From an uncultured Gemmatimonadales bacterium (GTDB lineage Bacteria; Gemmatimonadota; Gemmatimonadetes; Gemmatimonadales; GWC2-71-9), in NCBI GenBank assembly GCA_963730185.1, contig CAVSQW010000007.1:1-64000 (forward strand): a DNA stretch of 64,000 nucleotides. The letters run 5' to 3'. Shown here piece after piece: positions 29,021-38,453 of the stretch. The translations under genes and the position numbers were made by a program. Each line of letters opens with the position of its first letter. Position 1 is the first letter of the stretch. The notes beneath the pieces are model-generated. The model worked only from the letters and a program-made list of their open reading frames with translations. It had not been told where the DNA came from and did not search any database.

Positions 29021-30200
29021 GCTCGCTCTCGGCTTCGGCGCGTTCGCCCTGCTGCTCGGCGTCGCGGCCGCGCTCGGCCGGGCCAGCCGTCCCCCCGATC
29101 TGGGCGACTTCCGGGCCTCGACCTATCTCACCGGCCCGAACGGCGCCCGGGGCCTCGCCGACGGGCTCGAACGACTGGGCGTCGAGGTGCGACGCTTCCG
29201 TCGCCGGCTTCGGGAGCTCCCTCGGTCCGCCGACTCGACGCCGGGTCAGGCGTTCGTCGTGATCGAGCCCGGTGGATCGGTCGAGTCCTCCGAGCTGCCC
29301 CTGCCGTTCGAGTGGCAGGCCCGGACCGGCGGCGACCTGGTGTTGATCGGGTCGAGCAGCGCGCCGCTGATGCGGTGCCTGGGGTGGGGCACCCGGACGC
29401 CCTCGGTGCGAGCGCTGCTGGTGGGCCCGCCCGGGGCCGCGCCCGACTCCACCGCCGCGCGGGTCGCCCACGAGCTCGTCCCCGACACCAGCCTCGCGAG
29501 GGTCCCGACCGACCGGCGGCCCTGTGATCCCGTCGCGACCGCCGCGACCGACACCATCCTGGTCAACGAGTCGGGCGGGCCGGTCGTCCTCCGCCTTCGC
29601 CGCGCCGACGGCCATGGCGCGGTCGTGCTGATGGCGTCGGCCGGGCTGGTCCGGAACCGGGTCATGCGCCGGACCTCGACCGGGGCGGAGATGCTGCGGC
29701 TCCTGGCCGACTACCGCGTGGTCACCTTCGACGAGGCGGTCCACGGGTTCGGTCAGTCGGGCTCGCTGGCGGGCGCGGTGCTCGCCTGGAGCGGCCGCTC
29801 CCCCTGGGGTTGGGCCGGGTGGCAGGTGGCGGCCGCCGGACTGCTGGCGCTCCTGGCCGGCGCCGTGCGATTCGGGCCGGCCCGAGCCGCGCTCGAGCGC
29901 CGGCGGCGCTCGCCCCTGGAGCACGTCCGCGCCCTCGCCACCGCCCTGTCGGCCGTCCGGGGGCACGACGTGGCGGTCCGCGCCACCGTGCGCGGCCTGC
30001 ACCGCCGGCTCCTGCCCGGGCGTCCGATTCCGCGCGATCCCGGCCCCTGGCTCGCCGGCCTCGAGCAACGGGTTCCCACGCCGCGGGCCCGCACCGCCGC
30101 GAAGACCTTGATCGATCTCTCGCGGCCCGGCCAGCCGGCCGGCGCCGTGTCCCTCGCCGCCAATGCCGTGGAGGATCTGTGGGAGGAATTGCACCCCTGA
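29004..30200 (+). CDS. DUF4350-like membrane-anchored protein
   Basis: N-terminal TM, STYLTGPNGARGL, FDEAVHG, second TM, RFGP, EHVRALA. Confidence 0.78.
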   Translation: MRRRTELALGFGAFALLLGVAAALGRASRPPDLGDFRASTYLTGPNGARGLADGLERLGVEVRRFRRRLRELPRSADSTPGQAFVVIEPGGSVESSELPLPFEWQARTGGDLVLIGSSSAPLMRCLGWGTRTPSVRALLVGPPGAAPDSTAARVAHELVPDTSLARVPTDRRPCDPVATAATDTILVNESGGPVVLRLRRADGHGAVVLMASAGLVRNRVMRRTSTGAEMLRLLADYRVVTFDEAVHGFGQSGSLAGAVLAWSGRSPWGWAGWQVAAAGLLALLAGAVRFGPARAALERRRRSPLEHVRALATALSAVRGHDVAVRATVRGLHRRLLPGRPIPRDPGPWLAGLEQRVPTPRARTAAKTLIDLSRPGQPAGAVSLAANAVEDLWEELHP

Positions 30201-31162
30201 CCCCTGAGACCGCCGCCCGCCATGCCGAGGTGGCGAACACCGTGCTGGCTCAGCTCAACGGCGTGGTGCTGGGCCAGGAGGCGGCGCTCCGCGAGCTGCT
30301 GCTGGCGCTCCTGGTCCGGGGCCACGTGTTGCTCGAGGGCCCGCCCGGAACCGCCAAGACGCTCCTGGTCCGGGCCCTGGCGCGGGCGCTCCGGCTCGAG
30401 TTTCGACGAATCCAGTTCACCCCCGACTTGATGCCCTCCGACATCACCGGCGTCAACCTGCTCGGATCGGGCGGGGAGTTCGTATTCCGGCCCGGCCCGA
30501 TCTTCACCGACTTGGTCCTCGGCGACGAGATCAACCGGGCCCCCGCCAAGACCCAGGCGGCCCTGCTGGAGGCGATGCAGGAGCGGACGGTCACCGTCGA
30601 CGGCACTTCGCATCCGCTGAGCGAGAGCTTCACCGTGGTCGCCACCCAGAACCCGATCGAGTTCGAGGGCACCTACCCGCTCCCGGAAGCGGAGCTCGAC
30701 CGGTTCGTGGTCAAGACGCTGATGGGCTACCCCGATCCGGCCAGCGAGCGGGGCATCCTGGACCGGGTGCTCGGCGGGTTCGACGCCGCCGATCCCGAGA
30801 CCTTCGGGGTGGCCCCCGTGCTGGATCGGTCCGGTCTCGCGGCGCTCCGGACGGCGACCCGCGGGGTGGCGGTCGAGCCCAGCTTGGTGGAGTACGTCAC
30901 GGCCCTGGTCCGGACCACGCGGGACACACCGTCGCTCACCCTGGGCGCGTCGCCCCGGGCCTCGGTGGCGCTCCTCCGGCTGGCCCAGGCGGCGGCCCTC
31001 CTGGCCGGCCGGCCGTTCGTGGTGCCCGACGACGTCAAGCTCATGGCGCCGCCGGTGTTGCGCCATCGAGTGGCGCTGGCCCCGGAGCTCGAGCTCGAAG
31101 GCGTGACCCCGGACCAGGCGCTCGCCAGCCTGATCGAGCGGGTGCCGGTCCCCGGGGCGTGA
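30197..31162 (+). CDS. moxR: MoxR-family AAA+ ATPase (start uncertain: GTG 30179, CTG 30197 or GTG 30230)
   Basis: HVLLEGPPGTAKT, RIQFTPDLMPSD, DEINRAPAKTQAALLEAMQE, ATQNPIEFEGTYPLPEAELDRF, GASPR. Confidence 0.93.
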   Translation: MTPETAARHAEVANTVLAQLNGVVLGQEAALRELLLALLVRGHVLLEGPPGTAKTLLVRALARALRLEFRRIQFTPDLMPSDITGVNLLGSGGEFVFRPGPIFTDLVLGDEINRAPAKTQAALLEAMQERTVTVDGTSHPLSESFTVVATQNPIEFEGTYPLPEAELDRFVVKTLMGYPDPASERGILDRVLGGFDAADPETFGVAPVLDRSGLAALRTATRGVAVEPSLVEYVTALVRTTRDTPSLTLGASPRASVALLRLAQAAALLAGRPFVVPDDVKLMAPPVLRHRVALAPELELEGVTPDQALASLIERVPVPGA

Positions 31163-32478
31163 TCCTTCCCTCCCGGCGGTGGCTGGTCGTCGCCGCCTGC
31201 CTGGCGCTGGTGGCCCTGCTGGCCCTGACCTGGGCCGGTGGCGGGGCGGCGTTGCTGGCCGTCGACGCGCTCTGGATCGCGGCCCTGGTGGTCGACGCCT
31301 GGCGGGTGAGCCGGCCGGCGCCGGCCGAGCTGACGCCGATCCGGGACGCTCCACCCGCCTGGTCGGTGGGCCGGCCGTTGCCGGTCGTCTACCGGTGGCC
31401 CAATCCCCTGGAGTACCGGGTTACGATGCTCGTCCGGGAAACCCTGCCGTCTTTCGCCCGTTGGTCCGGGGGTGAACGGCGGGTGACCCTCGCCCCCGGC
31501 GGTCCGACCGCCGAGCCGCTCACCCTGGAGCCGCTCCGGCGCGGCAAAGGCCAGGCGGGGCCCCTCCACCTCCGGCTGCTCGGCCCCTGGGGGCTGGCCT
31601 GGCGGCAGGTGCGGCTGGCCGGCCGCTGGCCGGTGACGGTGTACCCGCCCCTTCGCGGCGTCCCGGTCAAGGCGCTCCTCACCCCGACCGAGCGCCGCCG
31701 GCAGGCCGGGCTTCGCGCGGTTCGCCGGCTCGGTGAGGGCCGGCTGTTCGAGAGCCTCCGCGAGTGGGTCCCCGGCGACGACACCCGCACCATCGACTGG
31801 AAAGCCACCGCTCGGCGCGGCAAGGTGATGGCCCGCCAGTACGAGGACGAGCGGCGCCAGCACGTGATGCTGGTCGTCGACGCCGGCCGGATGCTCACCG
31901 CCGAGACGGCCGAGCGCTCCCGGCTCGACGACGCGGTCGACGCCGTGCTCCACCTCGCCGTGGCCGCCATCGATCACGACGACGACGTTGGCTTGATGAT
32001 CTTCAGCGATACGGTCGAGAGGTATCTCGCCCCGGCTCGGGGACAGCGGGCCCTCCGGGCGATTCTCGAGGCGCTCGCTGGCGCCGACGGCCGGCTGGTG
32101 GAGTCCGACTACCCCGGCGCCTTCGGCTATCTCGCGGCCCGAAGCCGGAAACGGGCCTTCACCGTGGTCTTCACCGACGTGATCGATCGGACCGCCAGCG
32201 AGGCGCTCATCGCCAACACGGCCTCGCTGCGGCCCCGCCATCTGCCCCTGGCCGTCGCCATCCGCGACGCCGCGCTGGAGCGTCTGGCCCTCACCCGTCC
32301 GCCCGATCAGGACACCGCCTTCCGCCGGGCCGCCGCCGACGCGTTGCTCGACACCCGGGCCGAGGCGCTGAGCGAGCTCCGCCATCGCGGGGTGCTGGTC
32401 CTCGACGTTCCCCCCGAGGGCGCCGCCCGGTCGGTGGTGGAGCTCTACGAGCGACTCAAACGGGCCGGCCGGACGTGA
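31159..32478 (+). CDS. DUF58 (vWA-like) protein
   Basis: FESLREWVPGDD.R.IDWKATAR, YEDER, DAGRM, VVFTD. Confidence 0.9.
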   Translation: MILPSRRWLVVAACLALVALLALTWAGGGAALLAVDALWIAALVVDAWRVSRPAPAELTPIRDAPPAWSVGRPLPVVYRWPNPLEYRVTMLVRETLPSFARWSGGERRVTLAPGGPTAEPLTLEPLRRGKGQAGPLHLRLLGPWGLAWRQVRLAGRWPVTVYPPLRGVPVKALLTPTERRRQAGLRAVRRLGEGRLFESLREWVPGDDTRTIDWKATARRGKVMARQYEDERRQHVMLVVDAGRMLTAETAERSRLDDAVDAVLHLAVAAIDHDDDVGLMIFSDTVERYLAPARGQRALRAILEALAGADGRLVESDYPGAFGYLAARSRKRAFTVVFTDVIDRTASEALIANTASLRPRHLPLAVAIRDAALERLALTRPPDQDTAFRRAAADALLDTRAEALSELRHRGVLVLDVPPEGAARSVVELYERLKRAGRT

Positions 32479-32556
32479 GCCCTCTGGCGACCGCCCGGTC
32501 GGCCCTCCATCTTCGAAGTCTCGATCCCACCTCTCCCAGCGTTGGAGCCGTCTTCC

Positions 32557-34620
32557 ATGGGTGTCCTGATTCGTGTGGTCCCGTTCGCGCTCGCGATTTC
32601 CTTTGGTGCCCTTCCCCTGGCGGCCCAGAGCGGTACGCCGGCGCCCGACCGCCTCGGCCTCCGGGACGTGTTCGAGCTCGAAGCCGCCGCTCAGCCGGCC
32701 ATCTCGCCCGACGGGTCGCGGATCGTCTTCGCCCGGTTCGGCTTCGACATCATGAAGGACGACGCCCGGACCACACTCTGGACCATCGGTGCCGACGGAT
32801 CGAACCTCCGGCCGCTGCTCGATCCGGGCCGGACCGCGGGCGGTCCCGTGTTCTCCCCCGACGGGAGCCGGCTCCTCTTCGTCTCCGCGGTCGACGGGAA
32901 GGGGCAGATCTTCGTCCGATGGATGGATACGGGACAGGAAGCGGTGCTGACCCATCTGACCGAGGGGCCGGGTGGCCTCGCCTGGTCGCCCGACGGGAAG
33001 TGGATCGCCTTCACGATGTTCGTGCCGGAGAGTCCCAAGCCGTTCATTCAGATGCCGGCCATGCCGGAGGGCGCCGACTGGGGCCCGCCGATCAAGTTCA
33101 TCGACCAGCTGAACTACCGGAGCAACGGCGCCGGGTATCTCCGGAGCGGCTACCGCCACCTCTTCGTGTTGCCGGCCGAAGGAGGCACGCCGCGACAGCT
33201 GACCGACGGCTCCTTCAACGACGGCGCCCCGCAGTGGACGCCCGACGGCGCCTCGCTCCTCTTCTCGGCCAACCGGCATCCCGACGGCGAGTACGACCCG
33301 AACGACAGCGAGATCTACCAGGTCTCGGTCGGGACCGGTGCGCTCGAGGCGCTCACCAGCCGGCACGGCCCCGACGGGGAGCCGACCATCTCGCCCGACG
33401 GGTCGCTGATCGCCTACACCGGCTTCGACGACCAGTACCAGGGCTATCAGGTCACCCGGCTCTACCTCATGAACCGGGACGGGACCGGCTCCCGGCTGGT
33501 GTCGGGCAAGTTCGACCGCGACGTGGGCGACTTGAACTGGAGCCGGGACGGGAAAGGGCTCTACTTCCAGTACGACGACCAGGGCGACACCAAGATCGCG
33601 TATATCTCCCTGAATGGTGACGTCACCGATCTCGCGAGCGGGGTCGGCGGCCTCGACCTTGGCCGTCCCTATTCGGGCGGCCAGTACGCCGTGGCCCCGA
33701 CCGGCCGGTTCGTCTTCACCCAGACCGCGCCGGACCATCCTGCCGATCTGGCGGTCGGCGCCCGGGGCGAGCCGGTCAAGCGGATCACCCGGCTCAACGA
33801 CGATCTCTTCGCCGGGAAGACGCTCGGCGCGGTCGAGGAGGTCTGGTGGAAGTCGTCGTTCGACCAACGCCGGATCCAGGGCTGGATCGTCAAGCCGCCC
33901 GATTTCGACCCCGCCAAGAAGTACCCCATGGTGCTCGAGATCCACGGCGGTCCCTACGCCGACTACGGCAACCGGTTCACGGCCGAGATCCAACTCTACG
34001 CCGCCGCCGGCTACGTCGTGCTCTACTCTAACCCGCGGGGCTCGACCAGCTACGGCGAGGAGTTCGGCAACCTGATTCACCTCGACTACCCCGACCACGA
34101 CTTCGACGACCTGATGTCGGGCGTCGACGCGGTGATTGGGAAGGGCTACGTCGATCCCAACCAGCTCTTCGTCACCGGCGGGAGCGGCGGCGGGGTGCTC
34201 ACCGCCTGGATCGTCGGCCACACCAACCGGTTCAAGGCGGCGGTGGTCGCCAAGCCGGTGATCAACTGGTACAGCTTCGTGCTCACCGCCGACGGCCCGG
34301 GCTTCTTCTACAAGTACTGGATGCCGGGCTACCCGTGGGAGCATCTCAAGGAGTACATGGACCGCTCACCGATCAGCTACGTCGGCAACGTCACCACGCC
34401 CACCATGCTGATGACCGGTGAGGTGGATTACCGGACCCCGAGCGAGGAGGCGGAGCAGTTCTACGAGGCGCTCAAGATCCGGAAGGTGCCGGCGGCGATG
34501 GTCCGGATTCCGGACGCGTCGCACGAGATCGCGGAGAAGCCCAGCAATCTGGTCGCCAAGGTGGCCTATATCCTGGGCTGGTTCGAGAAGTACCGGGGCG
34601 GTGCTTCGCAAGGGCACTGA
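32557..34620 (+). CDS. S9C peptidase (acylaminoacyl/dipeptidyl-peptidase-like, TolB-type propeller), copy 1
   Basis: Signal peptide, SPDG repeats, IHGGP, NPRGS, GGSGGG, GEVDYRTP, DASHEI. Confidence 0.93.
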   Translation: MGVLIRVVPFALAISFGALPLAAQSGTPAPDRLGLRDVFELEAAAQPAISPDGSRIVFARFGFDIMKDDARTTLWTIGADGSNLRPLLDPGRTAGGPVFSPDGSRLLFVSAVDGKGQIFVRWMDTGQEAVLTHLTEGPGGLAWSPDGKWIAFTMFVPESPKPFIQMPAMPEGADWGPPIKFIDQLNYRSNGAGYLRSGYRHLFVLPAEGGTPRQLTDGSFNDGAPQWTPDGASLLFSANRHPDGEYDPNDSEIYQVSVGTGALEALTSRHGPDGEPTISPDGSLIAYTGFDDQYQGYQVTRLYLMNRDGTGSRLVSGKFDRDVGDLNWSRDGKGLYFQYDDQGDTKIAYISLNGDVTDLASGVGGLDLGRPYSGGQYAVAPTGRFVFTQTAPDHPADLAVGARGEPVKRITRLNDDLFAGKTLGAVEEVWWKSSFDQRRIQGWIVKPPDFDPAKKYPMVLEIHGGPYADYGNRFTAEIQLYAAAGYVVLYSNPRGSTSYGEEFGNLIHLDYPDHDFDDLMSGVDAVIGKGYVDPNQLFVTGGSGGGVLTAWIVGHTNRFKAAVVAKPVINWYSFVLTADGPGFFYKYWMPGYPWEHLKEYMDRSPISYVGNVTTPTMLMTGEVDYRTPSEEAEQFYEALKIRKVPAAMVRIPDASHEIAEKPSNLVAKVAYILGWFEKYRGGASQGH

Positions 34621-36680
34621 TGGTTCGGGCGCTCCCAATGGTGCTGGCCGCCTCGCTGCTGGCTCCTCCGCTGGCCGGGCAGCACGCCGCCGCGGCGGAC
34701 GACCGTCTGACCCTCCGCGACGTCTTCGAGCTCGAGGTCGCCGCCCAGCCGGCGATCGCCCCCGACGGCACCCGCATCGTCTTCACCCGCCGCGGCTTCG
34801 ACATCATGACGGACCGGGTCCGGACGACGCTCTGGACCATCGGGGCCGACGGGTCGAACCTGCGCCCGCTGCGCGGTCCCGGGCGAGACGGGGGCACGGC
34901 GGTCTTCTCCCCGACCGGGGACCGGCTGCTCTTCGTTGCCACGGTCGACGGGAAGGCCCAGCTCTGGGTGCGCTGGATGGACTCGGGTCAGGAGGCGGTG
35001 CTCACCCACTTGGCCGAACCCCCGGCCGGGCCCGCTTGGTCGCCGGACGGCCAGTGGATCGCCTTCACGATGTTCGTGCCCGCCGGCCCCGAGCCGTTCG
35101 TCCAGCTGCCGGCGATGCCGGAGGGCGCCGACTGGGGCCCGCCGATCAAGTTCATCGACCGGATCGACTACCGGGAGGATGGCGCCGGCTACCTCCGGAG
35201 CGGGTACCGCCACGTCTTCGTCGTGTCCGCCGACGGCGGCACGCCCCGCCAGCTCACCGACGGACCCTTCGACGATGGGGTACCGCAATGGGCCCCCGAC
35301 GGATCGGTCCTCCTCTTCTCCGCCAACCGTCACCCGGAGCCCGACTACGATCCCAGGAACACCGAGATCTACGAGGTCTCGGTGGCGACAGCCGTCGTGA
35401 AGCCGCTCACCAGCCGGCACGGACCCGACGGCGAGCCCGCCGTCTCCCCCGACGGACGGCTCATCGCCTATACCGGATTCGACGACCGGCGCCAGGGCTA
35501 TCAGGTGACCCGCCTCTACCTGATGAACCGCGACGGCAGCCGGTCCCGATTGGTGTCGCGTTCGTTCGATCGGGACGTCGGCGGGCTCCAGTGGAGCCGG
35601 GACGGGACGGGGCTCTTCTTCCAGTACGATGACCGCGGGGATGCCAAGGTCGGCTTCATCACCCTGGCCGGTGACGTGACCGAGCTCGCGAGCGGGCTGG
35701 GAGGCCTCGAGCTGAGCGTGCCCTATTCGAGCGGCGTCTACGCCGTTGCGCCGACGGGCCGGTTCGTGTTTACGCAGACCACGCCCGACCATCCCGCCGA
35801 CCTGGCAGTCGGGGCGCGGGACGAGCCGGTCAGGCGGATCACCCGGCTCAACGATGATCTCTTTGCGGGCAAGAAGCTGGGCTCGGTCGAGGAGCTCTGG
35901 TGGCGCTCGTCATTCGACCAGCGCCGGATCCAGGGCTGGATCGTCAAGCCACCCGACTTCGATCCCGCGAAGAAATACCCGATGATTCTCGAGATTCACG
36001 GCGGTCCCTTCCTCAACTACGGTGTCCGATTCAGCTCGGAAGTCCAGCTCTATGCCGCGGCGGGGTACGTGGTCCTGTACGCCAACCCGCGGGGGTCGAC
36101 CGGGTACGGTGAGGAATTCGGCAACCTTCTCCACCACGACTACCCCGACCAGGACTACGACGACCTCATGGCCGGAGTCGATGCGGTCGTGGGCAAGGGG
36201 TATGTCGACCCGAATCAGCTCTTCGTGACCGGGGGCAGCTACGGCGGGCTGCTCACCGCCTGGACCGTGGGCCACACCAACCGGTTCAAGGCGGCCGTCG
36301 TCGCCAAGCCGGTCATCAACTGGTACAGCTTCGTGCTCACCGCCGACGGGCCCGGCTTCTACTACCGCTACCGGGACTGGACCGGGGGCGAGCCCTGGGA
36401 CAACCTGTCGCACTACATGGAGCGCTCGCCGATCAGCTACGTGGGCAACGTGACCACACCCACTATGCTGATGACCGGCGAGGTGGACTACCTCACGCCC
36501 AGCGAGGAAGCGGAGCAGTTCTTCGAGGCCCTCAAGATCCGGAGGGTCCCCACGGCGATGGTGCGGATCCCCGACGCCTCGCACGCGATTACCAGGAAGC
36601 CCAGCAACCTCGTCGCCAAGGTGGCGTACACGCTGGGCTGGTTCGAGAAGTACCGTGGTGGCGACCCGCACGCTCGGTGA
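34620..36680 (+). CDS. S9C peptidase, tandem paralogue, copy 2
   Basis: Collinear with copy 1; GGSYGG, GEVDYLTP, DASHAI; TGATG overlap with copy 1. Confidence 0.93.
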   Translation: MVRALPMVLAASLLAPPLAGQHAAAADDRLTLRDVFELEVAAQPAIAPDGTRIVFTRRGFDIMTDRVRTTLWTIGADGSNLRPLRGPGRDGGTAVFSPTGDRLLFVATVDGKAQLWVRWMDSGQEAVLTHLAEPPAGPAWSPDGQWIAFTMFVPAGPEPFVQLPAMPEGADWGPPIKFIDRIDYREDGAGYLRSGYRHVFVVSADGGTPRQLTDGPFDDGVPQWAPDGSVLLFSANRHPEPDYDPRNTEIYEVSVATAVVKPLTSRHGPDGEPAVSPDGRLIAYTGFDDRRQGYQVTRLYLMNRDGSRSRLVSRSFDRDVGGLQWSRDGTGLFFQYDDRGDAKVGFITLAGDVTELASGLGGLELSVPYSSGVYAVAPTGRFVFTQTTPDHPADLAVGARDEPVRRITRLNDDLFAGKKLGSVEELWWRSSFDQRRIQGWIVKPPDFDPAKKYPMILEIHGGPFLNYGVRFSSEVQLYAAAGYVVLYANPRGSTGYGEEFGNLLHHDYPDQDYDDLMAGVDAVVGKGYVDPNQLFVTGGSYGGLLTAWTVGHTNRFKAAVVAKPVINWYSFVLTADGPGFYYRYRDWTGGEPWDNLSHYMERSPISYVGNVTTPTMLMTGEVDYLTPSEEAEQFFEALKIRRVPTAMVRIPDASHAITRKPSNLVAKVAYTLGWFEKYRGGDPHAR

Positions 36681-36686
36681 TGGGTC

Positions 36687-37265
36687 GTGAAGTCGGCGAC
36701 GCAGGCGACCGCTCCCCTGACCGGCACCGAGCGCCGGCTCGGCGGCGCACTCGTGGTCGGCGCCATCGCAGTGCAGGTCGTTTGGCTCGGCCTCCCGGCG
36801 ATCGCGCTCAGCGTGGGTCTGGTGGTGAGCTACGCGCTCTGGGTTGGGACCGCGTGGCGAGCCGGGCGCGGACTCCGCTTGGCGCTCGGCGTCGGGATCC
36901 TGGTCTTCGTTGCCCACTTCGTCGAGGAGTTTCTGGCCGGGTTCCGCACGGAGCTGCCCGCGCTGGTGGGTCGGCCGCCCTGGTCGGCCCCTCAGTTCGT
37001 GGGGTTCAACGGTGCCTGGGCCGTCGTCTTCGTGCTGGCGTTCCTGACGCTCCGGCCGGACAGGGCGCTTCCCATCTTGCCGGTTCTCTTCCTCGCCGTC
37101 GTCGGCGGGCTGGGCAACGGCATCGCCCACCTCCTGCTCGGCCTCCAGCGCGGCGGCTACTTCCCAGGGCTGATCACGGCGCCGCTTTGCCTTGGCGTCG
37201 GCCTCTGGCTGCTTCGCCTCCTGTACGGTGGCGGAGCCGGCTCTGGAGGGGGATCGGGTCCGTGA
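36687..37265 (+). CDS. HXXEE-domain membrane protein
   Basis: Multi-TM, AHFVEEF, NGIAH, YFPGLITA. Confidence 0.82.
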   Translation: MKSATQATAPLTGTERRLGGALVVGAIAVQVVWLGLPAIALSVGLVVSYALWVGTAWRAGRGLRLALGVGILVFVAHFVEEFLAGFRTELPALVGRPPWSAPQFVGFNGAWAVVFVLAFLTLRPDRALPILPVLFLAVVGGLGNGIAHLLLGLQRGGYFPGLITAPLCLGVGLWLLRLLYGGGAGSGGGSGP

Positions 37266-37900
37266 AGTCCAATCGGCGGGCCGGATCGCGAGCGACCTCG
37301 CCGGAGCCATTCTGGGAGGCGGCGTATGCCGATCCGGGGGCCAGCGCCTTTGGACCGCCCTCGGACGAAATTCTGGCGTTGGTCGACCGGTTGCCCGCGG
37401 GGGCTCGCGTCCTTGATCTGGGGTGTGGGGACGGACGGAACGCGCTCCCCCTGGCCCGTGCCGGGTTCACCGTCGAGGCAGTCGACACCTCGCCCTCGGG
37501 GATCGAGCGTCTTCGTCGGCAGGCCGCCGACGAGCACCTTCCGATCGAGGCCACGGTCGGCAATCTCGAGAGCTCGGTAGCCTCGGGCGCGTACGATCTC
37601 GTCATCGCGCATGGTGTGCTCCACCTCTTGCCGGCCGCCGTCTGCCTCGGCGTTGTCGCGGCGATGCAGGAGGTGACCCGCCCGCGCGGCTGGAACGTCG
37701 TGGTGGTCTTCACTGACCGCCTGCCCCAGCCGCCGGACCTCGCGCCGTTCATCCACCGGCCGTTTCGGGACGGTGAGCTCGCCGAGCTCTACCGGGGCTG
37801 GGAGATCGAGCTGCTCCGAGCCTACGTCCTGGAGGACCAGCACCCCGGAGGCATCCGTCATCGCCACGCGATCGAGAAGGTGGTGGCGCGCCACGGGTAA
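37262..37900 (+). CDS. Class I SAM-dependent methyltransferase (TehB-like)
   Basis: VLDLGCGDGRNALPLA, AVD, YDLV, VLH; GTGA overlap with the previous gene. Confidence 0.88.
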   Translation: MKSNRRAGSRATSPEPFWEAAYADPGASAFGPPSDEILALVDRLPAGARVLDLGCGDGRNALPLARAGFTVEAVDTSPSGIERLRRQAADEHLPIEATVGNLESSVASGAYDLVIAHGVLHLLPAAVCLGVVAAMQEVTRPRGWNVVVVFTDRLPQPPDLAPFIHRPFRDGELAELYRGWEIELLRAYVLEDQHPGGIRHRHAIEKVVARHG

Positions 37901-37990
37901 GTCGGAGCGGCCGCCCCCGCGACCCCGTCCTTGCCCCCCGGAGTGAATCTTCCATACTTGAGTATCCCCCCGCTCGGTCGGAGGCCCGCC

Positions 37991-38453
37991 ATGGCTCGCG
38001 TCACTCTCACCGTCAATGGCCGAAATCACGTCGTCGATGTCACGCCCGAGATGCCGCTGCTCTGGGTGATCCGTGACCTGATCGGTCTCACCGGAACCAA
38101 GTACGGCTGCGGCATCGCCCAGTGCGGCGCCTGTACCGTGCATCTCGACGGCAAGCCGATCCGCTCCTGCATCACCCCGGCGGCCAGCGTCGAGGGCCGC
38201 CAGGTGACCACCATCGAGGGCCTTTCGCCGGACGGCACCCATCCGATGCAGCGGCCTGGATCGCCGAGGAGGTGCCGCAGTGCGGGTACTGCCAGTCGGG
38301 GAGGTGATGAGCGCCGCGGCGCTGCTCGGCAGCCACCCGAAGCCGACCGACGACGACATCGATCCGCCATGGCCGGGAACCATCTGCCGGTGCGGCACCT
38401 ACGACCGCATCCGTCGAGCCATCCACCGCGCCGCGGAGGAGGGCGACCCATGA
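37991..38453 (+). CDS. (2Fe-2S) small subunit (IorA-like), about four indels
   Basis: [24 protein letters not shown] and ICRCGTY appear in successive frames; ends with ATGA coupling to the next gene. Confidence 0.8.

Larger units (their letters stand above)
32557..36680 (+). repeat. Tandem gene duplication (two units of about 2.06 kb)
   Basis: Long identical peptide stretches such as RRIQGWIVKPPDFDPAKKYPM and VGHTNRFKAAVVAKPVINWYSFVLTADGPGF, with many synonymous differences. Confidence 0.9.
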
